Positions 1 through 14,000 of a DNA stretch of 64,000 nucleotides are shown here, piece after piece. The stretch's first letter is position 1; every line of letters begins with the position of its first letter. The translations under genes were made by a program, and so were the position numbers. Below the pieces are notes generated by a model. It was not told the DNA's origin. It did no database searches and saw only the letters and a list, made by a program, of their open reading frames with translations. The stretch is from the NCBI GenBank assembly GCA_002633005.1, contig NMRA01000326.1, positions 62,001 to 126,000 on the forward strand, in the 5' to 3' direction. Source of the DNA: Phoronis australis (taxonomy: Eukaryota; Animalia; Phoronida).

Positions 1-2
1 TG

Positions 3-176
3 CAAAGTAAAACGGACATCTCTGCAGCAACACCACTACCAACAGAGAACTCGGAAGAGGACAATCCCGAAGGCATCTCAACTACAGAGGAAATCGTAGT
101 TGAAATCACAACGGCAATCATCGAGGAGGACGCACAAATGCGCACAGAATTGAGGACGACATGGCAACAGATGTGA
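3..176 (+). CDS. 3' end of an unidentified acidic, Thr/Glu-rich ORF (terminal exon of a convergent neighbour gene or a TE ORF)
   Basis: Open frame from the window edge: QSKTDISAATPLPTENSEEDNPEGISTTEEIVVEITTAIIEEDAQMRTELRTTWQQM*, TGA at 174-176, ATTAAA at 191-196. No family recognised. Confidence 0.5.
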   Translation, partial: QSKTDISAATPLPTENSEEDNPEGISTTEEIVVEITTAIIEEDAQMRTELRTTWQQM

Positions 177-1497
177 CGGAACAATGCAGTATTAAAGATG
201 AGTTCGGTATAAAATGAAATTAGTATCCAAGGAAGGATCACGGGCAAAATTTCATGAACATACGTGAAGGCGTTTTGGAGGTAAATACGTGGGCTCATAA
301 ACAGCAGGTTTACTTCTAATCGACAAAATAAAATTCAAATAAGGTAAGCGTTTATACTAATTTTTTTCTGGGGACACGGAATAAATTTGTACCCAGATCA
401 AAGAACATGATTCTTTTCCATGTATCACACACGACATATTCGACATAATTTGAAATTAACTTGACTGCCTCATTCGCCACTCGGGCCATCCGTAGCACTC
501 ACTTGACCATTCAGGTCTTGAGTGAGCGAAGAAACCATGGCATACATGTAGATTCCTTTATAGAGCCGCCGCAGAAGACATCAAGTGTCTTTCTGTTGCT
601 GCAGGGTAAGACGTTTTACTTTTCTGAGAACGCACAAGAACATTACAGACAAAATATTAATGTGAACGCCATTTTGTTTTAGTAGTAAAGTTGCCATAGC
701 TTGCCTTGTGCCATGTACCTATACAGGAGCAGCGACATACTCAATACTCGGTACCTCTTTGACGAAATTAATTTTCTCCAAATAAATAGTAATCTTGTTA
801 TTCATCGATATCAAACAAATTCTTCGATATCAAAATTGCCTATCTCCACGAAAAAAAACAAAACAAAAATACGACAATCCTGTTTCGTGAACATACACTA
901 TGATATACCTGCATAGTGAATATTAGTTCGTAAGAAGGGACACTGGAGCTGCTGAAACATGTTAGCAGATATATTATGTTATTTCCATCACACGCACTTA
1001 TTGCCGAGATCATCTGTGGGAGTAATTCAGGACAAGTTAGTGCTAAAACAAGTTCCAGTGAACTGAGCATACACTGTAATCAGTAGAAGAGGCTCCTGAG
1101 TATTGTGACACGAGACGACAATGCGTCGCGTGTCGTTCATTTTCTTTTACGCTCGGCACTTTTACTTTTTAAACAGAACGCGAAAAAATTCACCGAGAGA
1201 CAAAAATTGGATACACTTTTAAGAAATACCACAATTATGGGTACAGGAAATTTATCGCAGACAGACAATATTTCTGCACACTTATCAAACTTTTTCCGTT
1301 TTTGCTCAACTAAATCAAAATTTTATTCTCCCGGTAAATGACGTGGATGTAACAAGGGGTCGGAATACACGACGCCACCGTGGTTGAACTCGTCCCAAAT
1401 TAGTCAGTGCCTGCTGCGCCGTGTGCTGTCTTCACTGGAAACAAAGAACCAAATTTCATTTTGTGTCAAGGTAGAAAGACGAAAAATTGCTTATTAG

Positions 1498-1568
1498 CAT
1501 GGGCGGCGCACCATAGGGGGCTGGGGGAGGCTATAGCCCCCACTTTTTTCAGTGCTACGCCGCCCATG
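1498..1568. mobile_element. Tiny MITE-like inverted-repeat element; partial second copy at about 1580-1640
   Basis: CATGGGCGGCG...CGCCGCCCATG 11-bp terminal inverted repeats around a G/C-run core; no clean TSD. Confidence 0.45.
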
Positions 1569-1988
1569 GTCTATTGCCGGTGCACCACAGGGTTGCTTGG
1601 TGGCTTTAGCTCCCCACTTTTTCAGTGCTGCGCCGCCCAGAGTAGGAGGTGCCCTATCCCAACTCTCGTCACAAAACCAATGTCAGCCGCCCTCTTCTCT
1701 TCAATACAACTACATGCGCGCACCCAGGGGTATCTCAAACTAGACCCCCATTTGGCGACGTGAACAAAAAGGTAAGCGTCAGAGAAACAAAAAGTCCGAG
1801 AAAACGAGATAAAAGTCCACTAAAAAGGTGCAAACGCACAATTCACTGCACGTACAGCTCCGATAGTGGTACTGTTTTTTTAGTCGACCAACTAATTTGT
1901 TAGTAAAAGGTCCACATCGCCAAGAATTCGAGCCCCCTATATTGGAGGCTGGGTGCTCGCATGAACTGCATCTGCTTATTTTCTTAAT

Positions 1989-2285
1989 GATCCAATAAAA
2001 ATGACCACTGGGGGTCGCGGACTGCCTTGAATCCATACAAAACTAGAAGATACCTCTGAAACATATTTGCCGAATTTCGTAAAATGGAACAAGACACGGA
2101 ACTAGACAACTTAAAGACCCACGTAAAAAGTAACAATAGAAAATGCTTCTGGGGGGCAGACCATTAGTCAGATCCCAAGTGCACAGGATCACATCTCAAC
2201 TTTCACGAAGATTCGCCATGCGGTTCAGGACATACAGCAGATGTTGGATGCATATGTACAAACAGAGATGATAGCAACATCCAGC
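1989..2285 (+). mobile_element. Degenerate fragment of the Helentron-type (HINE) family seen at 54943-61199
   Basis: aaaaatgaccactgggggtcgc, ccgaatttcgtaaaat, ggggggcagacc and gagatgatagca resemble the subunit and end motifs of the intact copies. Confidence 0.45.
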
Positions 2286-4622
2286 CACTGTACAAGCATT
2301 TTGTGGGGGTATTGAAACCTCATTTGTGTCATAATTAATTTTGTGTATATCATCAAATCCATATCTTTGATTTATATCTGTCATGAGTGACAAATTTTTG
2401 CACCCAATGTAAACAGCTGGAAAAGCGGAGTAATTTTACACTTCTTTCAAAACGAAAAAAATAGCAGAAATCACAGTCCAAAATAGTGCACCCGGATTAT
2501 GCAGTGTGACTGCATCCACTTTCTTAAAGATAATACCACGAAGTTCAACAGACAAAATAATGATCTTAACTCCACCCATGACTCAGGTGACTTGTAGTGA
2601 CAGGTGGGCATTGTGGATCAATCATATACGACTAAACATCTTCATTTCCTTTATCCTATTACTAAAACTCAGCAGCAAAAAGACCACCACGGTAAGAAGC
2701 CAACATATATTAGTAAGTGTAATTTAACAAGCCAATGTAAATAATTTATGATTACAAATATAACAGTTAATAATATGAAAATCATAAAAAATACCAGTCC
2801 CTTAACAACCAACTTTACAAATAACTTTTGGCCAGATACAGTCAAGTTTCTTACAAGTTGATAGCATTGTCCAAATTGTACCACAGACAAGGTACAACTT
2901 GTGCTGCAAGCAGCAAAAAAGACAAGCTCTGTTTCTTGGAAATAGGAAGGGGGCTAATTATTTTTCACATAGAAAAACCGGAAATAACAAGTGATTCAAA
3001 GATACAAGGATGTAAGACATACCCAAGACACATAAGGTACCGATTACAATTATCACCATTTGCATGAGTTCCTGACCCCTCTCTCAGAGGAAAATGAGCA
3101 AAAATGTTGATGTTTCTTACATACAAGGATTTACTTACTAGACAAATTGTATCAGCCTAAACATCAACCTAGATGTCTCCAAGGAAGAGTAAAACCTTCC
3201 TATCCCATACATTGTGTACACTCATTATACTTAATGGTACAAATTGTGAACGTCCTTTATGGCACTTTGCCAATGTGCTCTTCCTTGCAACAAAATATAA
3301 AGTAAACAATGAAGCAAGAACACAACAGAAGGAGCCACTTTGCAGCAACAATGAGTTATATCAGATACAGCTCATTGGTACCAGATTTCAAAATAATATA
3401 AAGTACAGATTATGTATTCAAAAATTCTTCCACAGAACTACACCCTGGGTGTATTGTAAAAAGATGCTAAGTTTTAAGCTACATTTATAAATGGCAAATA
3501 CTGGAAGCTGATCAAGAAATGAAAGTAATGATTTGAATTCTTTTGTTACTTCGTACATTTATTGTACCAAGGTTGATTCACCAATAAACTGAATATGTAT
3601 CTTTTGTTGTTTAATTACATCATAAGATGCAAATCGCTGCCTTGTGCAAAAACTGTTTTAGTTTTGTAACATATGCCAAGAACATTTTCAATTGCTTATC
3701 ATGTGAGTGTCATGTGGTATAGCAGTTGCCAAGGGGATTTTCGATTTGCAATCTCAAAATGGAATGAGGCAGATACAACCCAAGAAATTGAAATAGACTC
3801 AAAATTTGTTTGTAAATTCTCTTCCAGAGTTTGGAGGTATAGGGCTAACACTGAACACATCTTAAGCATGTCAAATACAAAATATTAAGAAGCAAAGCAA
3901 GTAAAGAAAACCCATTAATAATAGTTATTTCAGACAAGAAAAATATTTGGAAGTTGAGCAGATTAACAAAGTGACTACAGCTGAATGTGAAGACAACATG
4001 TTACAAAAGTAATACCTTCACATATCAGGCAAATTTCATTAAGTACAAAACAGTACTCACAATAAACTGGCCCAAGACTGGAACTTCCTCGGTCCACCAA
4101 ACCATGACCACAGCCAGTGACGGTCAAAAAAGTGTCTCATGAAATTTGCCTGATATTTGACTCACCAACTGGAAATTATTTTCTGTGAACATCTTCACAA
4201 ATGAAAGCACAAGCTGCTTAAGACAACCATTGAATAAATTGCATTCTGTAATGTATGAGACAGGATTACAGTTTCACAGGTGATTAGTCATAAAAAGAAC
4301 CAAAGAGCCTCAAGTGTGACATACCTTTAAGTAAAACACTTATCAAGAGCTCAACTGGGATCACAAGTAATAATTTTCCTTAAAATTGTAGATCAGTGTA
4401 GGAGATAAAGAAAACTTTCATAATTCAACATGTCCCTCTCACAACCTGAACTAACATTTCCACCTTAGTGACAGAATGGAAAAGTCTGTTTTTATGGATA
4501 GCAGTAGCACAGGAAATGTACCAACTTTTAGCTTCTCATGTGTTTTCACAAACGTACAAATTTAGTTTAATTGGGTACCAGACAGAAGACTGAAACAAAG
4601 AGAAGACAGTGAAACAGAATTT

Positions 4623-5080
4623 TCAGACTCTTGTTTCACTGTCTTTCTTTTCATCCTCTATAACCCTGTCTTCACTGTCCACAGATGCACTCTTATCTGC
4701 ATCACAAATGTCCACACAGTCCATCCTGGTCAGTTTGTGCCCTCCACTTGTTGATCGACTCAGTGGTGAAGCCTTAATACTGGCCAGGTCTGTCTTGCAT
4801 GAAACTTCCAGCTCACTTGGTGGTGGAAGTAACCCTCCTTCAAACACCTCCTCCGAATCCTGAGTGACCAGTGGCTGTCTGGATCCATCAACCTGATGAT
4901 CACCCAGTTTGTTATCACTTTCATCAACTCTGGACAGATTCTTATACTTGTGACCACCATTCTTGGCTGCTCTCATGCGTTCCACCACGCTCTGTGGTAC
5001 GCTCGTCTCTGTATAGCACCGGTTACGGAAGACAGTCTCGCCTAATTCAGGGACTGCTTCAAGTGAAGAGGATCTGTGAT
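4623..5080 (-). CDS. SLC9A: NHE terminal coding exon (DHRSSSLEAVPELGE...EKKDSETRV*)
   Basis: ttttag acceptor, phase 1 matches the preceding exon; corresponds to ORF 4623..5108; acidic Ser-rich tail. Confidence 0.75.
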
Positions 5081-8000
5081 CTAAAAGGCATGAAGAGAAA
5101 TGAGACACAGTTCATGTGAACAACAAACTACCCTACTTAACACGGCACAAAAACTATGCACAAAGATGATTAGTCGGCGTGGACTAGATTTGCCACATAC
5201 AATGAACTAATTAGGTCTTAAGTAATTTAATGCTGATAATTTTAGCTTTGATAAAGATTAAAAAACTGATATATCTGAGTCAAAAGTCAATTAAGACAAA
5301 AATCGAGTTTTAGTATAAATAAATCAACTGGTTAACAAAATTCCTTTCTATGCAAAATTTCAAATTACGTTTCCTCCAACACAGAACTTGCTAAACAGCA
5401 GCACATTCATGGCATGCTTCAACAGAGATAGCAAGGGAAAATAGGATTAGCTGGAAACACAAACACTGCTAATGGAGAACCTGATTGGTAGATACACTGG
5501 CACACTCTGTGTCCACTGGACTACATAACACTGTGACTGGAGATCAGATGCGACAAGATAGATCCAAATACAGGTCCAGTAATCCAGTCGTCGGACTCGT
5601 GTCTACACATTCAAAAACTTTGACCAATCAGCTGTGACCACAGCATGTCCAGGCAAAGCATCTGGTCTTTAGCTGACCGTCTGACTGTCTGGGAATTTGA
5701 GGTGCATTTGCAAGTTTTCAGATTCAGCTGTAGTATTTCACTCCCAGGAGGAATTGAGTTGGATGCAAAAATAAAACACCAACGTGAACGTAAGAATAAA
5801 GAGTTAAGAAAAATAACAAAAAACAACACAAGAAAGTCATAAGTTAAAATGAAGCTCAACTGAATGTTCAACTTGCAGAATGTGCCGACACGCCCATATC
5901 AACCATGCTAGCAGTCTCCTGCTCTTCAAACACAATTCCAGCACAACCTGCAGATGATGGACTGATAATATCTGCTGGAATTACATTAAAGCACATGAAC
6001 AAGGGGAAATCAACAATTGGTCGCACTTCAAAAACAGTGGGCTGGACTCTAAAACCAAATGACCGGTGATCAAACACGTTGTCCAGACCAATGAGATAAA
6101 TATAACTAGAGTTGAAGTCACGTGGTTTTCGTTGAGCGGAGTTAGTGGAGACGCGTGTGTACTGTGTAGTATCTAGGAACCAATATTTTGGTAACAACAC
6201 GAGATTTCAAGTAAAAACTCAGCTTTTATGTTATTATCATCAAGTGCGAACTAGGATTTTTGAAAATCATCCAAGAAAATCATTGCATGCTTGAGTACAG
6301 AATTAAAGAGTCTTTACAGCAGAAAACATAAAAAATAAAGTTCGATTTCTAGTATAAAGTTCAGACCCAGAATCAATGATACAGTTTTTTGCCTTTCGAG
6401 GTTTAAAAATTGAAACTGAAATAAAATAAAATAATTTTGTGGGTGAGAATCCCATTGCAGAAGCAATATTGTTCAACTTAATTTGGTCCCTAAAACACCC
6501 ACTTAAGTCGATGTTTCATGGTCTTTTATTTGACTTTCCGTCTTAGTCAGATATGTCTTTAAAGGTTTAGTGACCAAGATATCTGAGTCTAGCAACGAAG
6601 AAACACAAAGTGACTACAAGATTAATAGTTGTGCATTTTTACAGAGTGGACACCAATTCGAAGATTCATTAATATAGCCAGGTTACTACGAGTAGAACAG
6701 GATCAAAGGAAGGGATACCCCAAGAATGCTACACTCCACAATGTTATATTGAGACGGTAGATGGGTTGTTTCTGTAGATTTCAGGAGATGGGACAAATGT
6801 TATGTAGCCTGGCAAGCTATTAAAATCTGCGACTGTCTTACTCGAGGAAAACCATCATTTTTGTATGCTGTCCTGTTTATGGTCTTCTGATACTTACAGA
6901 GTATTAATGCCTGGGTATGTAGGAAAGGACAGGTAGAGTTTACGACCATTGAGTTTTGTCATTTTATTTATTTTGTGGTGAGGTATTGTCAATATAAATG
7001 TACTAGTAACATAATTGAGTGCCAGAAAATGTCAGATTCAACTGAATTGAGGGATTAACTTAGAGTTGGTTGAAATCTGACTTTTGCTGAAGTGGAGTGC
7101 ATGTATGGCACCAGTATGGTACAGTAACTTAAAGTTTGTACCTGCTAGACATTTCCCTTTTACAATCACGGTATGATTTTACTGCATGATGGTGATATTT
7201 CGAAATAAATCAAAACTATGTTGTTTGAAATAGTTACAATATCTCAATGTGTTGTTTCTGTGTGAACATTTTTCTTGTCCTTGTCGTTCTGGATGGCCAA
7301 TAATATGGAAGTGTGCTTGTTACTGACAGAAAAAAACGGCAATTCAACACATCATGGTCGCATAAAAGGGGTACATTGAGTGGCGTAAAAATTAATATTG
7401 GTAAAAATTAATAATGTGAATGCCTTATTAAAACTAGTTCCGCGGCGTGTCAAGTTGTTTTACAGCAGAGTCTATAACACAATATTTTGAACTGTGAGAC
7501 CATGTCATTTCAAACTACAAATTACCAGTTCGCCACGATAAGACGAATTAGGCACTAGGACAGGTAATACCAGGAAGTGGTTATCTCTTCCTGGTAATAC
7601 TAGACTGTTAAAGAAAAGTAGCGTATCACTAAAGTAATTTTCCTTGAGACACCTTAGCACCCCTTACATGCGTTTTATTTTTTGAAAAAACATCTGCACA
7701 TTAATGTAATTTAATTATTATTCCTTGGTATAATGGGAAGTAGACAATTCCAATCACCTTTCGGGAAATTGGGTCTGTAAAAATGCATAAATCAACCTCC
7801 GGCTTCGGCCACCCAAGCAGTGGTGCACACGCGGGTAACCGATGTATACACTATACGTGCGTGCCTTACCAACCAGTACAGGGTGTTTTTGGTGTCATGG
7901 ATTCTTCTTTTTTCATTGAAATACTTAATGTTAACATATCAGTTATTATAGCTCTATCATTTTGCAAAATTTTGCTGCCACCTTTTATTCAAACTGACTT

Positions 8001-11000
8001 ATGCCCTCAATTCCGAATATGCACATGTACACAAACATGTACAGTTCCATTGGTCAATTGTTGCATACAATGACACGACTTTACATACACGTATATTGCT
8101 CATCGATTTCCATGGGTTTCTATTAACTTTTTTCTACTTTGTGTTCAAGTGTTTCATACGAACACATGCCTCAAATCTTTTTGTTGGAATAAATCAAGTG
8201 GTGTGGGATCAAGGAATTTTTAGACCCATTCTAAAAACTTTGAGAATGCAGTGATGTAATGGCCCGCCGGAGAGCGGCCCCCTTGACAGCTGATCCTCAT
8301 GTCGGTTTATAAACAACTAGAACTGAAAAATAGGTACTATACAATTATAGCAACGAAAAAGGTTAATCACTGCATAATACCATTTTCTAAACTTTATACA
8401 TTTCAGTGATTGTCTTTTCGACTGAGCCGGCAAAATAACCCAGGCCCTAGCACTACGGCCGTTGCTATAATAAGTTGACCAGTGATCGAACGCGATGACC
8501 GGACTTCCTCAGAGACTCAATTTGAATGTCTCGAAGGATTCAAATGGCACCTAGTGTTTATTTTTCCTACCCTTTTGATTGTATTGTTGAAATCGGCAAT
8601 GTTTTCAGCCATTGTGTTTGAAAACCAGCCAACTGGTTTTAGGTCCAGCCAATAATTTTTGGGTGCGACGATCTGGTTTTGAGGTACTGGCCAACCTGAG
8701 GCCCGACCACCATGTTAGAACACCTGACATTGGATTTTGCAATCCAGCCAGCTTGTTTTGAAGTCTGGGCAAGTGGTTTCGAAGTCTTTCCAATTATTGA
8801 CTCCCCCTTGAAAAAGTAAAGTAGCAGAGAAGTCGGGCATAGTTTTTGAAGATTTCTCTCCAGAAATGGAGATTTTATGACATTTCCACAATGTCAAAAT
8901 AGAACGTAATTTAAAGGGGAAGGCAACCTTTTTTCGTGTCATTTTCAGTAAAAATACGGTTCGTTGATTATCCCAGACATATGCTTCAGTTAATTACGGC
9001 TCACCGTAATTTTATTAATTGGTCATGCACCACTCTGTATGTGATGTTTAGGGAGTTAAGAATTTTCCGCCATTTCGTTTCTAGTGCTTTCCGAGTTACT
9101 GTGAGGATCTGTTCTACTGTTGTTTTTTTGTGCTGGTCTCCTAAAATTGTTGTCACCACTTGCCATCGACGAGTATTCTACAACAAGCTAGGTTGTTAGA
9201 GAACTCAATTACGTTGGATTTAGGAATCTTTAGTTTGCAGTAGCAGTGGGTGGATATATGTTTGAGCCCAAGTATAGTGAAGCAGAATACAGACAGCTGT
9301 TGAGAGGGATGAGGTAGAGACTGGGGACAGACGTGGTTGTGAACACTTGTCGAGTTCATGAATAATTGAAGAAGGTTCATGAACCAAAGATGCATTCACG
9401 AAACTTTGAGTTAATCAAAACATCAATAGTGAAGCGGAATTCTACGAGATGCACACACAAGGATAAGGGAGTTAAGAGTTCCAGCATTTAATTTCTTCCG
9501 TGGTCAGTAGGCTGTAAAGTCCTTCACACGGCCTTCCCGAATTCACTATTTGATTTGTAGTTTTGTATGTTATATGACATGAAATAAACACACATTCTTA
9601 TTTATCTACTACAACTGGAGATCTCAAGATTTTCAATCTAAATCATATTGCAATTGCAATTACAATTGCAATTGCAATTACAATTGCAATTGCTTCCAGT
9701 GGGATGCAGTTCTACAAAATGAGACAAAATGCATAATGGTGGGAGGGAACTAATCAAAAGGCAAGAACAAAACAGTTTACAGTAAATGTTCTTTAGTTTG
9801 GGACACAATATGGCACGCAGGTGAAATTTTATTTTGTCATAGTTCCTAACAAAACTAACTTTTCAGGAAAATTCACTTACAGAAAATAAAAACAATTGCG
9901 CACTTGTGTTACACATTGTACCGCACGCAAGTTGCATTGATCACCTGCAACCATTTTTATGCTTTAATATACGATTAAAATCAACCTGAGGAGCTAGAGA
10001 CCTGACTCAAGGACCAAACAGTGTGCCCCGGCGGGATTTGAACCAACGACCTTGAATAAAGGAAGCAAACACTTATCTCACCAGGCCACACTGCCTCCTC
10101 TAAAATTCACTTTGCTTTTAGCATGGTTTGTATGGCGTAACTATTACCATGAACAACATTTGGTAAACTTTTGAGCATGGTTTGTATGGCGTAACTATTA
10201 CCATGAAACAACATTTGGTAAACTTTTGAGCAGCTGCAAGAATGTGATAAGCCTCAGAGAAAAATAGAATGGAAATTTTAGCATTATTATTTTTGTCCCA
10301 AATAGAAGAATTTCTACCGTTTATCATCAACACAACACTGAATTCAAGAGGCAAAGTTTGAAGTGAGGATCATGCTATGATGGGCCACACAGAACCTGCT
10401 CTATCTACACATTTGGCAATCACCTCATCAGCAACTATCAGAAAATAACACTACCATTTACTGCACATACATAAAACTACAGAAAAGCATGTATCACAGA
10501 GTGCCAAAGTTGTCTCCCACAGAATGCAATTGCATATCACTGGGCAGTAACTTTAACTGGTAACAAATTTAAATGGAACAAAACATTTTAGTTGAATTCA
10601 GCTCAAGCTACAAGTGGAAGATTCCCATCTGAAATTGAATTCCCCGGACAGATGATTTTCCCCAAAGAAATACAATAAAAAATAGACAAAGCTTTGTGAT
10701 TTAGATTCAGTTTATTGATCAGTATGTCAGTTAAGATGAAAGTGTTAACTGTAATGTATTAGTTGAAGATAATTGATGAGCGAGTCATGATGTTGGACGA
10801 CATACTGGACTAAATACTTATAAAGGGACCAAACTGATATCTGGATTTAGAAACCACCATCTTCTGGAGTTTAATACAAACAGGAGCTATTTGTTATGAC
10901 AATGGAGTAATTTCTAAGAGTTAGATCCAAAGAGATACTCGTAATGATTATGAAATTGTTATAATGTCCATGAGTTTCAAACAAAAATGAGATGTTTGTA

Positions 11001-14000
11001 ATGGTTAATATGGAATAATGTGCACCAGTTACAAACAAACAAGAGATATTTATTATGGTCATGGCATGACATCTGTGAGTTACAAACAAACAAGAGATAT
11101 TTATTATGGTCATGGCATGACATCTATGAGTTACAAACAAACAAGAGATATTTATTATGGCCATGGAATGACATCTGTGAGTTACAAACAAACAAGATAT
11201 ATATATATTATGATCATGGAATGACATCTGTGAGTTACAAACAAACAAGTGACATCTGGGGTCTATTTCATGAAAGTGAATTAAGACAAAAATTTGCTCT
11301 TTCACACTTGTTAAAAAAGTTAGCCAAATAATAACCAGTGCATCACAGCCTAGAGATAGTTAATAAAATTGTTCTCAGTAACAAGCAGTTTCGTGTACAT
11401 TCTCAGAGATTGCACTGTTTTCTCAAGTGGTCACTTGTCTGTCTGAAATTGTACTCGTGTTCAATCCATGATAGGAGCATGCCTTCAAAATGTGCTTGTA
11501 GAGTCCAATCTATGATTATCATAGGACATGCCTTCAAAATTTCTGAACACCAATCATGGAGATTTGGAGAAACAGCAGCGGGTAATGGCCTGATGTCAAG
11601 TGGCCGGGGATGACGGAATAACACACACAAATAAATATTTGTGGTGCATAAAAATGCTTTTCTCTAAAAGTAACTGTTTCACCAGTCCTTGCATGACCAG
11701 CCAAAATCCACTAGTTCATGTCACATGACTCACCTTCAGCTAAGCCCTCTGTTGGAGCAGCAACACTGAGACTCCTCAAGAGACGGGTACGCCGAGCAGT
11801 CTTCTGCTGCAGGTGATGCAGTAGATCGTTATCATGGTCACGGCTGATGTTACGGTCGTACTTACGATGAAGAGCAGACTGAAACACAATTGACCATCAC
11901 TTGAAACAAGCAAGCAATATCAGGCCAACTTTAAATTAATGTTTGTTTCGTCAACCATGCTCTCAATGACCTGAGAAGGTGGGTCAGTCGGTAAAAGATT
12001 TTATATTTCCAATTTACATTGCTGGGGCATGTGGATTAAAGTTACAAAAATATGTTCATTTTTGTATGTGCAACTGAAAATTTTTCTTTTGTCTGATATC
12101 AAATAAAACATACTCGAAAATGTACAGTAATTTATGACTTACAGAATGGTAGGTGTTGAAGAGTATTTACCATTAAATGAAATGTACCACTGGATAAAAC
12201 AGCTGAAAAATGGCCAGATAGTTCCATTCACATACAAGAGATAGCCACCAGTGTCTGTAAGTGATGACTAGATGCACAATATCACGCTTATGTACGAAAC
12301 ACTATTCGTAAATAACGTCTTTTTGAGTAAAACATTAAATGTGCTATACACCAGTGTCTTGTATCAAAAAGTAGCATTTGAGTGTTGCTAACAAAACTGA
12401 CAGTTGACTATTGCTGGAGCAGCAGCGGTGGTGACAGCAGCAATAGTAAATACTGTAATAAATGAGTATGTTTAAGCCAACATATTCAGCTTTGCACTCG
12501 GCAATCAATCACAAAACTGACAGTTGCTTCCAAGGCCATGTCACTTCAAGTGCTAGTAAGGAACAAGTTGAGAGCAGGAGGTGGGTTAGCTGCTTTCTAA
12601 GGTATACTCATGCTTGCAGTGAACTCACAGCAGTTGGAGCCTGGTTGGACTGAAGAATGTCCTTCAACCGGTCAGCAGTCACATCCTCTTCAGCACTCAG
12701 TCTAGACGAGCCTAGGGAACACAAACCAGTGAATAGGGATACATCTTGCAACTGTCTTAGGTAACATATACTATAAGCTAGGATAAACAAAACATTAAAT
12801 TAGACTCATTTACCAATGCTAGTGAATCAGTTCATCAAAAATAGCATTTCTGTCAAAGTTTTGTTACATGTTGTAAAAAGACTTTTAAGTCCTAGTTTTG
12901 TTTATTTAACATATCTATTGTATTAATAGCAATTTTAGCTTTGATAGTTACAGAGCACGCCATTCCAGCAATAAACCCCACAATGATATCTTACACTATG
13001 ATGGAGATGAGGTTTTAAAATACCTTGCAGAGAAGGCAAGTAGCAATAAGATCCATAAAATTTGTAATGTATCTCGCATAAAATAATGTACAAAACAGCT
13101 AAAAATGAGGTAGCAACAATTGGTTAATTGTAAGCAGTGCCGGCATAAACTGGCAGTAAGGTGCAGCGTTGACAAAAAGAAGCAAAAAATTTGTGAACAT
13201 TTTCTTCAGATCAGCGCTTTTAAGAGTCAGTGCATGAGAAAGTCCGTCAGATGTGGGAACACGGCATGCCACAGATTTTTTTTTTACAAATGGCTTAGTC
13301 GCACTCTTAGATAGAATCGACAACACCCACAGCAATTTCATTTAAAAATCCAAGTGCCTCCCACAAAACTTGCCCGCCAGAGGATTTTGGGTATTTCCAG
13401 CCAACAGCGAAATAACGAAAATGCTTAGAATTTTAAATTACCAGCACTTACCAAAGAGGAATTGGCAGAACCTAAGACTTAACATACGACTAAATACAAT
13501 TTAGAACTATGCCCAAAACATAAAAAACATTTTAAAGTATTTATAAGTTTGTGTATAACAATCTGTACATCCTGCATGTTTTGGTCGATACAAACCACTC
13601 TGATAGTAACGTCTGGTCCAATCATACGGCTGCTTAAGCTCATTTACAAACTGTTTCACCAGTGTAAGTGTAACCAACTCTCATTTACAAACTGTTTCAC
13701 CACTGTAAGTGTAACCAACTCTCATTTTATTTTCGTGAACCTCATTCCATCTCTTAGCTGAATCAAATATCGTAACGACTCAAAATGTCTGTCCTCCATG
13801 TTCAATATAGTCACTTCAATACAAGATATACAATTTTCTGTTATTTCGAGTGCTTTCACAGGCTATGCTGGTGGCAGTGAAAGTCAAAAGTGTCCTCACC
13901 AAAGTATTGTTTACAAAAATGTGTGCTGCCCACAGAAGTAATGATATCTTGTCCAACTAAGAAGGCTTTGGTTATCGCAAAATCTATGTGGCTATGGTGA

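Noticed and set aside
9042-9425. Possible solo LTR (TGATGTTT...AAACATCA)
   Set aside because: No matching TSD (gtatg versus atagt) and no clear poly(A) signal; left uncalled.
9984-10098. tRNA gene
   Set aside because: A and B boxes are present but there is no convincing cloverleaf, and downstream sequence recurs at the window end, so it is called a SINE.
10871-11331. Repetitive ORFs of 144, 103 and 68 aa
   Set aside because: Translations of the 56-bp minisatellite.
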